Shown piece by piece: positions 40,967 to 49,455 of a stretch of DNA of 64,000 nucleotides. This DNA is from a virus, in IMG/VR virus record IMGVR_UViG_3300005758_000132, positions 32,001 through 96,000 of that record; one strand, 5' to 3'. The translations under genes and the position numbers were made by a program. Below the pieces are notes generated by a model, which was not told where the DNA came from, ran no database searches, and saw nothing but the letters and a program-made list of their open reading frames with translations. Numbering within the stretch: the stretch's first letter is position 1; each line of letters opens with the position of its first letter.

Positions 40967-41416
40967 TCACGGCGCCGCCTCTAACGCGGCGACCAAAGCC
41001 TCTGCTTCGCTGGAGTAATACGCCCTTGCTCCCGCAAGACGATTGCGCCCTAGCGTGTCAACGACTTCGCACCTTGCTCGGCTTTGGCCGCTCATGTCGG
41101 GCTGAGGATTATCCCACCAGCGGACGTACATCATGCAGCCATAGGCTTGCCTGACCAACGCGAGCAAGCAACCAAGAGTCGCTGGGTCGTCAAAGTCTGG
41201 CATGCAATCGCGAGTAACGCTATAGTGCTTCTTGCGAATCCAAGTCATCGGACGAGCCTCTTCAAACGGTCCGTCTTCTATGGACATGTACATGCAGGTT
41301 TCGTAGTCCCACAAAAGCCTAAATCGGCATATGCCATCTGCCTTGTATATGACCCGCATGCCAGGCATCCACCGCCAATGCTTGCAGGCCGCAGCCCTCG
41401 TCGCCAGTTCGGTCAT
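40967..41416 (-). CDS. hypothetical phage protein, paralog of 34950-35330
   Basis: HWRWMPGM and PDFDDPATLGCLLALVR motifs. Confidence 0.65.
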   Translation of the reverse strand: MTELATRAAACKHWRWMPGMRVIYKADGICRFRLLWDYETCMYMSIEDGPFEEARPMTWIRKKHYSVTRDCMPDFDDPATLGCLLALVRQAYGCMMYVRWWDNPQPDMSGQSRARCEVVDTLGRNRLAGARAYYSSEAEALVAALEAAP

Positions 41417-41664
41417 GGCGCAACTCTTTCTTTGAGTTCATAGTAATAATCCTTCAACATAAAACGCAGTTGTTGCATCGCTTGCTCCTTGGCTAGACGT
41501 ACAACGCAATCATGGTAACCAATAGCTTGTTTGCCTGTCGGTATATGCGTGATGCGTACAGCATGCGGTGGGCGCGGTGTTGGCCCCACGAATCCATTAC
41601 CGCGCCATACGTCGACCTGTAGATCATTGGCATCAAGCTCTGGCATCTCAAGTTCAATCATCAC
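41413..41664 (-). CDS. release-factor (RF-1 domain)-like protein lacking GGQ
   Basis: DLQVDVWR...AVRITHIPTG...KEQAMQQLR matches RF1/RF2 domain 3. Confidence 0.7.
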   Translation of the reverse strand: MMIELEMPELDANDLQVDVWRGNGFVGPTPRPPHAVRITHIPTGKQAIGYHDCVVRLAKEQAMQQLRFMLKDYYYELKERVAP

Positions 41665-41915
41665 TTATCCCTTTTCCTTGGATTAGGCTTTGGATGCGGT
41701 ACATGAAGCGAGAGCGTGCGAATGAGGGCTGGAACTAACGCAATGTCAATACCCAGCACAAACTCGGACTCGCTATCGTCAGGAGTCCCTAGCCAAACCT
41801 CAAGTACGTGGCCACTTACCATGCGAGTTTGGAATTCAATCTTTGACTTCATCTTTCTCACTCTGCGTCCATCCATCGAACAGGCCAAGGATGCGTGGAA
41901 CGGCGAGTCAACCAT
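41661..41915 (-). CDS. hypothetical protein
   Basis: coupled ORF; start uncertain. Confidence 0.45.
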   Translation of the reverse strand: MVDSPFHASLACSMDGRRVRKMKSKIEFQTRMVSGHVLEVWLGTPDDSESEFVLGIDIALVPALIRTLSLHVPHPKPNPRKRDK

Positions 41916-42228
41916 CTTCTAGCAGCGTCTTCAGGTGTGACAACCTACTGAGCGCGTTGTCGCGCGCGACACGAACTGCTTCTGTCCAGCTGACACACGA
42001 CGACGCGTGGCCGAAGTCTTTGACGAGTTGATTTTCTAGCATAACATCGACAGACGCACCCCAGCCATCCCTGTCCACCCATTTCCACACGGTATAGGTC
42101 AACGCGTCCGTGCGTTTTACGGCCATCAAGCCGCCGTTAAACCATCGCCAGTCTCCAGGGTCTTGAACAGTCATTTGACGTCTCCTGCGCGCAAAATATA
42201 GGTGCCGTCGTCGAGCAAGACTGGCCAC
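41908..42228 (-). CDS. hypothetical protein
   Basis: likely start ATG 42174 (ATGA coupling, AGGAG RBS). Confidence 0.5.
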   Translation of the reverse strand: MASLARRRHLYFARRRRQMTVQDPGDWRWFNGGLMAVKRTDALTYTVWKWVDRDGWGASVDVMLENQLVKDFGHASSCVSWTEAVRVARDNALSRLSHLKTLLEDG

Positions 42229-42620
42229 TGGTACGGCATATCCGCAGGCTCGCTAAACTGCGAGTAAAACACCGCATCCTTACGCCGAAGGTTAGACCTG
42301 TGGCTTGCGTGCAGCTTTTCGTCCCCCATCCACGGCGGCATAACCGGTCTGTCCTGAGTCAAACGCGACGCGAAGAACTCTAGTAGGCTGTCCTTATAGC
42401 CACGTGCGCGCCATATCTGGCACGAGATCAACCCGTATTGCGCCAGCGCGGTTTCGTAGCCGCGCCACATCTTAGCCGCGGGGTGATTCACCCACCCCTT
42501 GGTTGCGCCGTCAAGCGCTAGGAGAAGCTGCTTTGTCTCGACGCGCTGCTTTCCGAGCCTGCGATAATCCAGCGCGTCAAGTGATTTTTGAAAACACGAA
42601 AATGGTAGAAAAGTCTGCAT
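42171..42620 (-). CDS. pyrimidine-dimer DNA glycosylase / DenV-like (MSMEG_6728 family)
   Basis: MQTFLP, RLGKQRVE, NHPAAKMWRGYE and HASHRSNL..KD motifs. Confidence 0.85.
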   Translation of the reverse strand: MQTFLPFSCFQKSLDALDYRRLGKQRVETKQLLLALDGATKGWVNHPAAKMWRGYETALAQYGLISCQIWRARGYKDSLLEFFASRLTQDRPVMPPWMGDEKLHASHRSNLRRKDAVFYSQFSEPADMPYQWPVLLDDGTYILRAGDVK

Positions 42621-42638
42621 GGTCTAAATGTCCGAAAA

Positions 42639-42869
42639 TTATTTGTTGAGTAGTATTTTTGAAAGGTTCCACGTGCTGGCAGGTACTTCTGCTGAGCAGT
42701 TAACAAGCTCGACGTAATGCTCTGAAAACTCGTGGGGAGACCATTGAGCGACGATCGTGAGCTTTCCGCCCTCGATGGACGCGGTCACGACTACGCCGTG
42801 AAGCAGAAAGTCCACCTGCCCACCGATATTCTCACCTATGATGGCAAGCGTACGCGTCGAGTCGATCAC
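42639..42869 (-). CDS. hypothetical protein, paralog of 42866-43066
   Basis: VDFLLHGVVVTASIEGGKLTI. Confidence 0.55.
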   Translation of the reverse strand: MIDSTRTLAIIGENIGGQVDFLLHGVVVTASIEGGKLTIVAQWSPHEFSEHYVELVNCSAEVPASTWNLSKILLNK

Positions 42870-43066
42870 GGCTTTTTCGCTACCGCGCAGCGCTCGTCAA
42901 AAAGCACGTCCCACGTGTAGCTATCGCGGTCGCTTTGGATAGCCTTTAGCGTCAACACGCCGTCGTCGATGACAGCTATGACAGCGATGTTGTGGTCCAG
43001 AAAATCAATCACGCCTTCTTTGTAAGGCGCTTCGACAGCCACGACTCTGTTCGCGTTTTTGCTCAT
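42866..43066 (-). CDS. hypothetical protein
   Basis: start reassigned to ATG 43066 (GAGGAG RBS); IDFLDHNIAVIAVIDDGVLTL. Confidence 0.6.
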   Translation of the reverse strand: MSKNANRVVAVEAPYKEGVIDFLDHNIAVIAVIDDGVLTLKAIQSDRDSYTWDVLFDERCAVAKKP

Positions 43067-43103
43067 ATCTAGCTCCTCGGGACGATTTGCCCCTGACGGC
43101 TTA

Positions 43104-43132
43104 GGTATAGAGAAAAACGTTTTTCGTGTCAA
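43104..43132 (-). promoter_or_regulatory. sigma70-like promoter
   Basis: TTGACA-17nt-TATACC with AAAAACGTTTTT in the spacer. Confidence 0.8.
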
Positions 43133-43146
43133 CGCAAAACGCGCAG

Positions 43147-43815
43147 CTAGTCTAACTCGTAAATTTCATTGAGCTTACTACACCCCTCGCAGCGACACGC
43201 CGGGTGCGGAGTACGGCAAGCCACGACTGCGATATCCATGAGACGCTTTATCTCGTCTCCAAGGTCGTCGTTTTCAGTGCGCAAGAACTCTATGACCTCC
43301 TCAGCGTCTGCGAGCTTCTTTTTCAGCGTCAAGATAGCTTCGTCGTCCTCCTTTGGTGCAGCGCCTCGAAGCAGGTTTCTAGCGATCATCGTTTTCATGC
43401 GCTTTACCGCTAGCGTGACGTCATCGATTTCTGACGCGCTAGGCGTAGACGCTCGTGCCGCTTCCGAGGTCACGATCCCCAACTCGCGAGCCACGTCTAG
43501 TCGATGATTTCGCAGGCTATCGTTGGCATTTTTTAGCGCGACAACTATACGGCGCACATTCGCTGGCGTAGGCTCTACTGACGAGCCGCTGGCGAACACG
43601 ATATCTAGCGCAGCCATACGCCAGGCAGCGATTTCCTCCGTTACATGCTCTGAGCCCTTGCAGTTAGCTGTATCCCACGCGTCTAACGCGTCCTGTAGCA
43701 CTTCGTGAGACCCAGACGTTACACGGCACTCCGGACACTCAAGCACCCATCCGTGAGATTGGCGAAAAACAAACGGTGTAGCACCGCAAATTCGACATCC
43801 GTTTTTAGCGCTCAC
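43147..43815 (-). CDS. Lar-like zinc-ribbon protein with coiled coil
   Basis: CRICG...CPEC...A.DAW N-terminus; C-terminal Cys cluster; GGAGGT RBS. Confidence 0.5.
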   Translation of the reverse strand: MSAKNGCRICGATPFVFRQSHGWVLECPECRVTSGSHEVLQDALDAWDTANCKGSEHVTEEIAAWRMAALDIVFASGSSVEPTPANVRRIVVALKNANDSLRNHRLDVARELGIVTSEAARASTPSASEIDDVTLAVKRMKTMIARNLLRGAAPKEDDEAILTLKKKLADAEEVIEFLRTENDDLGDEIKRLMDIAVVACRTPHPACRCEGCSKLNEIYELD

Positions 43816-43874
43816 GTATACCTCCAGGCCTCAAACCCTAAGGTGTTAGTCAGCCTGAAGGCAAGAACGCACCC

Positions 43875-45155
43875 CTACGACCGATGTTTACGCCATCCCT
43901 TGCCCTTATGAACAGGGTCCTTTGCGATGATTTCGTCGAAGACGCTGCGGGGTAAACGCCACTGGCGGACTCCGGTGCGCTCGATACCGGCTTTGACGAG
44001 CCGCCTGATTACTGAGACGCGGCAGTAGCCCATGATGTCGGCGTACTCGCTCGGCGTCATGGAATCTTTGGCGAGAGCAGCAGCCTCTTCGAGGCTGTCA
44101 GTAGCGACACGCCAGTGCACCCGCTGCATGTTTATTGGGCGGGTAACTCCTAGCCTAGCTAGCATCTTCTTCATGACATGGGGGTCGACCTCAAGACGAA
44201 GGCAGGCCTGGTGAAACGTCTCTGTCTTGTGCCACTCAGCGACCGCTCGATCGATCTCCGTCATAGAGTATGTACTGCGAGCAGACCGATCGTACACGCG
44301 TTCGTCATGAGTATTTGGCTTCTTGGCCTTGATGCCATTACCCCTGCCCCTGCCTTTGATGATGCGACGCAAAGTCGCTGGGTCATAGCCAGTGCGGATG
44401 GATGCCTGCTCCAACGTCTCGTAGCCACGCAAGCACCCGCGCTCGATCAGCCCCAGCTTGACGGCCCGACGGATGATGGCGTTGTAGGTGCGGTCGAGCT
44501 CCTTGGCGATGGCCTTCGCCCCACGCGACTCAAGATGCCATGAGAGAAAGCGATCGTCGCGGTCGTTCCACGGCTTGCTGCCGCCTGCTGTGTACTTGCT
44601 CTTCAGGCCAAGCAGCTTAGCTCGGCTCCTGATAACGTCCACACTCACGCCGAGTTGCTTCGCCAACTTCTTGATGGGCGTCTTGTCCCAATGCGCTTTG
44701 ACGTGCTCAGCGAACTTGTCATCAGTTCGGCTGATGCAGACTGGCAGATGCTCACGGCTCCACGCCTCCGTGTCTGACATGCGGAAGCGTCGCCAGAATT
44801 TGTGCTTAGAGCGGGACGCGATGCACTTAGCCGACCTGATGACCTCGACCTGCATCGAGCATCGAGCGCAAACGACCTTGTGGCAGGGAGCGCCGGTAGG
44901 TGACGGGGGCGCGTCGCCTACTGACTTCCACAGATGCTTGGTAGGCATCTTGACGCGCCACCCGTCGACACACAGAGGTAGGGGGTCACGGACAGGAAGT
45001 AGCTTCCCTTGAACGACCCGCTCTCCGGCTGTGTAGCTGGGCCGTTTGCCGGCCTTATGGCTGACCTCCAGCCCGCACTTTCCACAAGTCGAAAGGCTCC
45101 TGCCCTCTTCAGCAGGAACCGTCATCCATTGATGGTGAGCCTGCTGAGACGGCAT
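43875..45155 (-). CDS. multi-HTH DNA-binding protein with two N-terminal Zn-finger-like repeats
   Basis: HxW...CxxC...LPxC twice, followed by several HTH-like units; start reassigned to ATG 45155 (TGATG coupling). Confidence 0.55.
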   Translation of the reverse strand: MPSQQAHHQWMTVPAEEGRSLSTCGKCGLEVSHKAGKRPSYTAGERVVQGKLLPVRDPLPLCVDGWRVKMPTKHLWKSVGDAPPSPTGAPCHKVVCARCSMQVEVIRSAKCIASRSKHKFWRRFRMSDTEAWSREHLPVCISRTDDKFAEHVKAHWDKTPIKKLAKQLGVSVDVIRSRAKLLGLKSKYTAGGSKPWNDRDDRFLSWHLESRGAKAIAKELDRTYNAIIRRAVKLGLIERGCLRGYETLEQASIRTGYDPATLRRIIKGRGRGNGIKAKKPNTHDERVYDRSARSTYSMTEIDRAVAEWHKTETFHQACLRLEVDPHVMKKMLARLGVTRPINMQRVHWRVATDSLEEAAALAKDSMTPSEYADIMGYCRVSVIRRLVKAGIERTGVRQWRLPRSVFDEIIAKDPVHKGKGWRKHRS

Positions 45156-46087
45156 CAGCCCCTCCACCCCTGCTTGCGCAGTTCGCCGGCGACGTCAGGA
45201 GGCTGCCAGCCCTCCGGCTTTCTCTTCTTTCCCTTCTCATCCACAGGCCCCGACTGCTTCGCCATGTTGGCCTTGTAGACCTCAAAGGCGACTGGCTCGC
45301 CGTCAACGCCTAGCTCTTGGCGGGTGCCTTCAACCACGAAGTCGAGGTCAGCGAGGCCATCGACGATCTCTGGGAGGTCAGGCGACACGAACGATACCTC
45401 GTCGACGCTGAGCATCGTTTGGTTTTTCAAGGTACGCACCCACTCAGCATTACCTGCGAAGGCAGCTTCCAGCACCTCGAAGTACTCCTCGGTGACGAGC
45501 CGCAAGCGATGCCTGAGCACGTCGCTATGTACGACAGGGGCCGGTGGCGTCGGCCTGCCGATCATCCACTGGAAGTCCTTCACCTGGTTCTTGAGCGACT
45601 TCATGTCGAGCTTTGGCTTGCCTGGCACGTTGCCCAGCGTAGCGAGCTGAGCCTTGCTGGTGTCGACTTCCGAAGACACTGACTGCGCGATGAACACCCT
45701 GGCGTCAGCGATAACGTTAATGAGCGCGGATATCGCGAAGTCATTTTCAGGCACGAAATGCACAAGAGCGTCAATAAGGTCAACTACAACAGTGCGCTGC
45801 TTATAGTCAGTCTTGGAGACGCCGTCCGTCAGCGCATTGACGATAACGTTTCGCTGCGCTGTGCTGACGTCTTCAGACCAACCGATACCCGGATGCTTTT
45901 CTAGCACGCGCTCAGCGCACCAGATGGCCTTCTCGATATCCTCGACGAACTTGCCCTTGTGAGGGGCACGGCAGGCGTACTTCAACGCATGGCCAAGCCA
46001 TTGGCTCGCACCGTTGAGGATGTCCATGGCGACAGCCACTTCGATGGCGCCATGGTTGTAATGCTTGGGATGGTTAACGTTGGACAT
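45155..46087 (-). CDS. DUF3310-like domain fused to a MazG-like NTP pyrophosphohydrolase
   Basis: VNHPKHY..KYACRA..K N-terminus; EEYFE...DGLADL...ANMAK...KPEGWQPPD C-terminus. Confidence 0.75.
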   Translation of the reverse strand: MSNVNHPKHYNHGAIEVAVAMDILNGASQWLGHALKYACRAPHKGKFVEDIEKAIWCAERVLEKHPGIGWSEDVSTAQRNVIVNALTDGVSKTDYKQRTVVVDLIDALVHFVPENDFAISALINVIADARVFIAQSVSSEVDTSKAQLATLGNVPGKPKLDMKSLKNQVKDFQWMIGRPTPPAPVVHSDVLRHRLRLVTEEYFEVLEAAFAGNAEWVRTLKNQTMLSVDEVSFVSPDLPEIVDGLADLDFVVEGTRQELGVDGEPVAFEVYKANMAKQSGPVDEKGKKRKPEGWQPPDVAGELRKQGWRG

Positions 46088-46098
46088 TGTTTTTCCTC

Positions 46099-46344
46099 TT
46101 ACCCTTGCTTGTGTTTTTCCGCGTGTCTGCCGGTCACCGCTCGTTTAGACAACGGCACCCACGACATACCGTTTGCGATCAGACTGATATATTGACGTGT
46201 CACGCCGTATCGTCGAGCAATCTCGGCTTGCTTTATTCCCTCAGCAAGCTGCTCGCGGATAGCGACAACGTCTTCTTCGCTCAGCTTGGTATTGGAACGG
46301 CGGCGTGTCTGTCGCCTGTCCTCCGGCATAGGGGCTCTAGGCAT
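46099..46344 (-). CDS. HTH DNA-binding protein
   Basis: KLSEEDVVAIR...QAEIARRYGVTRQYISLI. Confidence 0.75.
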   Translation of the reverse strand: MPRAPMPEDRRQTRRRSNTKLSEEDVVAIREQLAEGIKQAEIARRYGVTRQYISLIANGMSWVPLSKRAVTGRHAEKHKQG

Positions 46345-47168
46345 TACGCACCCTTCACACGCTGCTCGTCATCAGGCTTACCGCCCTTTATGAGCTTCAG
46401 TTTTATGCCGCTTGCAGCCAGCTCATTTTGAATGGACTCCGCGATAGGCTCTTCTGACAAGCGGCGCAGGATTTTAGCCGCGGCGTCCACCTCTCGTATT
46501 GCCTCAGCCACCGATATGTCTGACGTCACGGTTTCGAGCGCCTTAGGATCTCCCATCAACAAACGCTCTAGCTCCATCTTCTGACGCACGAGACTTCCCA
46601 CGTCCTTCGTCATCTCTTTAAGCTCTCGCAGCGTCTTCCAAAGCTCTTTCTTGTCCGCCGCCCCCGGCGCAGTACCAAGGCTAGCAAGCTCAGTCGCAAG
46701 GCGCAGCGTAATAGGCTGCACGTTCTTGAGCAGGGTCAACAATGATGAAAGCAGGATCTCGGTAGCTAGCCCGACACCATGCACCAACTTACCCTCTAGT
46801 GCCCTGACCGCAGTCGCGTCGCGATTCGCGCTTAGACGCTCAGTAGGAGACCCAGCGATCTTCTCGTACTTGCGCTCAGCCTCAGTTCTAGCAGCCCGCG
46901 CTTCAAGCAAAAGAATATCTCGAATCGCCGGTCTGTTTAGCTTTTTATTGCCGGAAATAAACGCGACGCGCGCTGTATTTACCTGCACGCCTACAGTTTT
47001 TGCCGCCTCCGAATAATTCACTGGCGTCTGACCGCGGAACGCTTCGACTAGCTTCCACCATTTTTCCAGCTCCAAGTCCCTCGAACCAGGTGTTTTCTCC
47101 AGTGGGGCGATATCCTCTGGCTTGGCAGGATTCATCGGGTCTTTCGGCGGAGTCTTGGCGCTCATCAC
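46344..47168 (-). CDS. hypothetical protein, candidate terminase small subunit
   Basis: N-terminal HTH-like segment (NYSEAAKTVGVQVNTAR) followed by long helices; inference only. Confidence 0.3.
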   Translation of the reverse strand: MMSAKTPPKDPMNPAKPEDIAPLEKTPGSRDLELEKWWKLVEAFRGQTPVNYSEAAKTVGVQVNTARVAFISGNKKLNRPAIRDILLLEARAARTEAERKYEKIAGSPTERLSANRDATAVRALEGKLVHGVGLATEILLSSLLTLLKNVQPITLRLATELASLGTAPGAADKKELWKTLRELKEMTKDVGSLVRQKMELERLLMGDPKALETVTSDISVAEAIREVDAAAKILRRLSEEPIAESIQNELAASGIKLKLIKGGKPDDEQRVKGA

Positions 47169-47842
47169 AGAATCCTTCTAGGCTCTCTACCAAGCAGACT
47201 CTTCATCGCGATAAGCGCCTGGCCCACGCGGGCTACTCGACTTGGACCGTACAACTCCAACGCACCACGTGTGCCTATAGGACGGCCGTCCTTACCCACC
47301 ACGTCTTTGAGCCAGTCAATACCGCGCACGAAGTCATCAGACCGCTGGTCTACGAGCTTTCTACGCTCAACAGGCTCCGTCGATACTTCAACGTCTCGCA
47401 ATAAATTGTGCACCAGGAAGCCGCTTACATGCAGCGTGTCAGCGATGGTGCGCGTTGAGAATCCGTTTTGCTTTAACCATTTCGCTGCGTCCTTATCGAT
47501 AACGACTGACGGCGGTCCCGGTCTCTTTGGAAAATAGACATGTCGCACGCCGAGGTCTTTTGCGACCACGCGGCACTCCTTCAACAAGTTCGCCGGGATG
47601 CGCTTCTCGCTCACTGTAGGCGCACCTGTCAGCGCGAAGGTAATGAAGCGTATGCGAGCGCCGCCAGCGGCTACACGCAACAAAGCGCTGCTCACAGCGC
47701 GCACCAGCGCGAGCGGAAAGCCAGCGTCTAGCGCATTTTTGAAGCGCGACGCGCCCAGCTGCTCTGTAGTAGCACCTGGCGGTCTGCCGCGCGGGCGTGG
47801 AGGAGTATTCTTTACAGTCTTTACTTTGCTCGCGATGCCCAT
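47165..47842 (-). CDS. putative DNA-binding protein (AT-hook plus HTH)
   Basis: PRGRPP motif; GFSTRTIADTLHVS HTH-like segment. Confidence 0.5.
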   Translation of the reverse strand: MGIASKVKTVKNTPPRPRGRPPGATTEQLGASRFKNALDAGFPLALVRAVSSALLRVAAGGARIRFITFALTGAPTVSEKRIPANLLKECRVVAKDLGVRHVYFPKRPGPPSVVIDKDAAKWLKQNGFSTRTIADTLHVSGFLVHNLLRDVEVSTEPVERRKLVDQRSDDFVRGIDWLKDVVGKDGRPIGTRGALELYGPSRVARVGQALIAMKSLLGREPRRIL

Positions 47843-48315
47843 AACGTCTCCAGCGTATCAATCCATCCTACCACGTAAGGCGTAGACGCGTCAGTTACCA
47901 CGAGCGCGTCGCCAGTCTTCACCGGGGCTAAGTCTAGCCTCCAGCGGCGCTCAGACGATACACGAACACTTGGTGCAGGTATAAGGAAAAACGTTCGCCA
48001 CGTAGCAAGACCTTGCGGCGATACCGCGAAGAATATGTCTCCTCCGGTGTCGCGACCAATCACCATGCTGGCTAGCGCGTCAGAACCCGTCTCTGCTCTA
48101 TCGCGCTCAGCTTGCTTGAGCGCAGCAGTGACGTTGACGCGTCGTCTATGCTTGCACTCTAGCCATAGCCGCAAGTCGGGTATGACTACGTCAGCTTCTA
48201 TAGCGCCACGCGACTGCGTCAGCCCTCGTCGGGAGTCCGTAACGCCGTCCCACTTACGTAGCAGATTTGCTACGGTGCGCTCGAACACTTTACCCTTGCG
48301 TCGCGAGTCTGTCAT
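47821..48315 (-). CDS. Holliday junction resolvase-like PD-(D/E)XK nuclease
   Basis: SRRKGKVFERTVA...ADVV...LECK. Confidence 0.8.
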   Translation of the reverse strand: MTDSRRKGKVFERTVANLLRKWDGVTDSRRGLTQSRGAIEADVVIPDLRLWLECKHRRRVNVTAALKQAERDRAETGSDALASMVIGRDTGGDIFFAVSPQGLATWRTFFLIPAPSVRVSSERRWRLDLAPVKTGDALVVTDASTPYVVGWIDTLETLWASRAK

Positions 48316-49445
48316 AACCAGCTATCCTTACGCGTTCTTGCTGCTCGCAATTTAGGAACCCGCTTACCGCAAGTCGCTAGCTCTTTCTGCGCGAGAGATA
48401 TCACGTCATCGATGTCTTCCAATGTCATGGGCGACGATTTCGTCAATTCAACATATTCGCGGAATGACTCGCTCTCTGAAAAAGCGTTGGCGATAGTCTC
48501 GATGTAGCTCTTGGCACGGCGTAACATTCTTGCTCTATCGCCGACCACGTCTCCCGGTCGCTCGTCTGCGTACTCCTCATTGCGCGCCTTCTCATACGCT
48601 GTGACCACGAATCTATGCACCATCACTACTGAGGCGTTACGAGCGCGCGTTGACTCGCCTATCCTCGCTAGAAGCGGCCAGTCGTTCGCCTTATCGCCAC
48701 GCTTCGTGTCTATAGCCTTGCACAGTGACGCCAGACCGTCGAGCGATATGCGCAGAGCTAGCGTAGCATCCCTGTACCCCATCTCACGAGCACACGTCTC
48801 TGTCTGCTCGCGCTTGAAATGCGCCTTCATGCTAGTGATAATTTGCTTACACGTCGGGCAGGTCTTCACGAGCTTGAGAAAGTCCTCTGCGACCGCTGTG
48901 ATATCGCTTATTGAATCGCTCGCCATGAATAGCGCTGCGTAGTGTTCACTGTCAGCCTTTTCAATCAGCGCTTCTTCGCCGTGATTTCGCATGAACGATA
49001 TTCGAGGCGAAAACGGTGGGCTTGACTTGATTCCACAGTAGCTAAGCGCGATGGAGCCATCTTTGCGGCTGGATACTGTTATGTCCGCGATCGCCCCCAA
49101 CGGCCTGTCTTCTATCGTTAGCAACGAGTAAAGCGGCACGCTTATGCTTAGCGTGAACGCGCCTAGATCGCGCTCGATAGCGATCTTTTCTGCTTGATGC
49201 GCTGTAAGCCTCTCTCCGCGTGTCGAAAATGTACGCGTCTCGAATAGCGCGCGTTCTAGGTTAACGTTGTGCAAGTTATAGCGCTCAAGACGCTGCTGCA
49301 CACTACTCATGACCTTGACCAGGTCCTCGAACGAGGATGCGACAAACGCGTGTCGAATGCCTTGCAGCACGGGAACCGGGTCCGCCCAGTCAGACACGTG
49401 CATTTTGTCAGTACCATCTTCCAGCGTATAAAGTATGCGTCTCAT
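48312..49445 (-). CDS. hypothetical protein with possible Zn finger
   Basis: 377 aa; CPTC...H...C. Confidence 0.55.
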   Translation of the reverse strand: MRRILYTLEDGTDKMHVSDWADPVPVLQGIRHAFVASSFEDLVKVMSSVQQRLERYNLHNVNLERALFETRTFSTRGERLTAHQAEKIAIERDLGAFTLSISVPLYSLLTIEDRPLGAIADITVSSRKDGSIALSYCGIKSSPPFSPRISFMRNHGEEALIEKADSEHYAALFMASDSISDITAVAEDFLKLVKTCPTCKQIITSMKAHFKREQTETCAREMGYRDATLALRISLDGLASLCKAIDTKRGDKANDWPLLARIGESTRARNASVVMVHRFVVTAYEKARNEEYADERPGDVVGDRARMLRRAKSYIETIANAFSESESFREYVELTKSSPMTLEDIDDVISLAQKELATCGKRVPKLRAARTRKDSWL

Positions 49446-49455
49446 CTATAGATCC

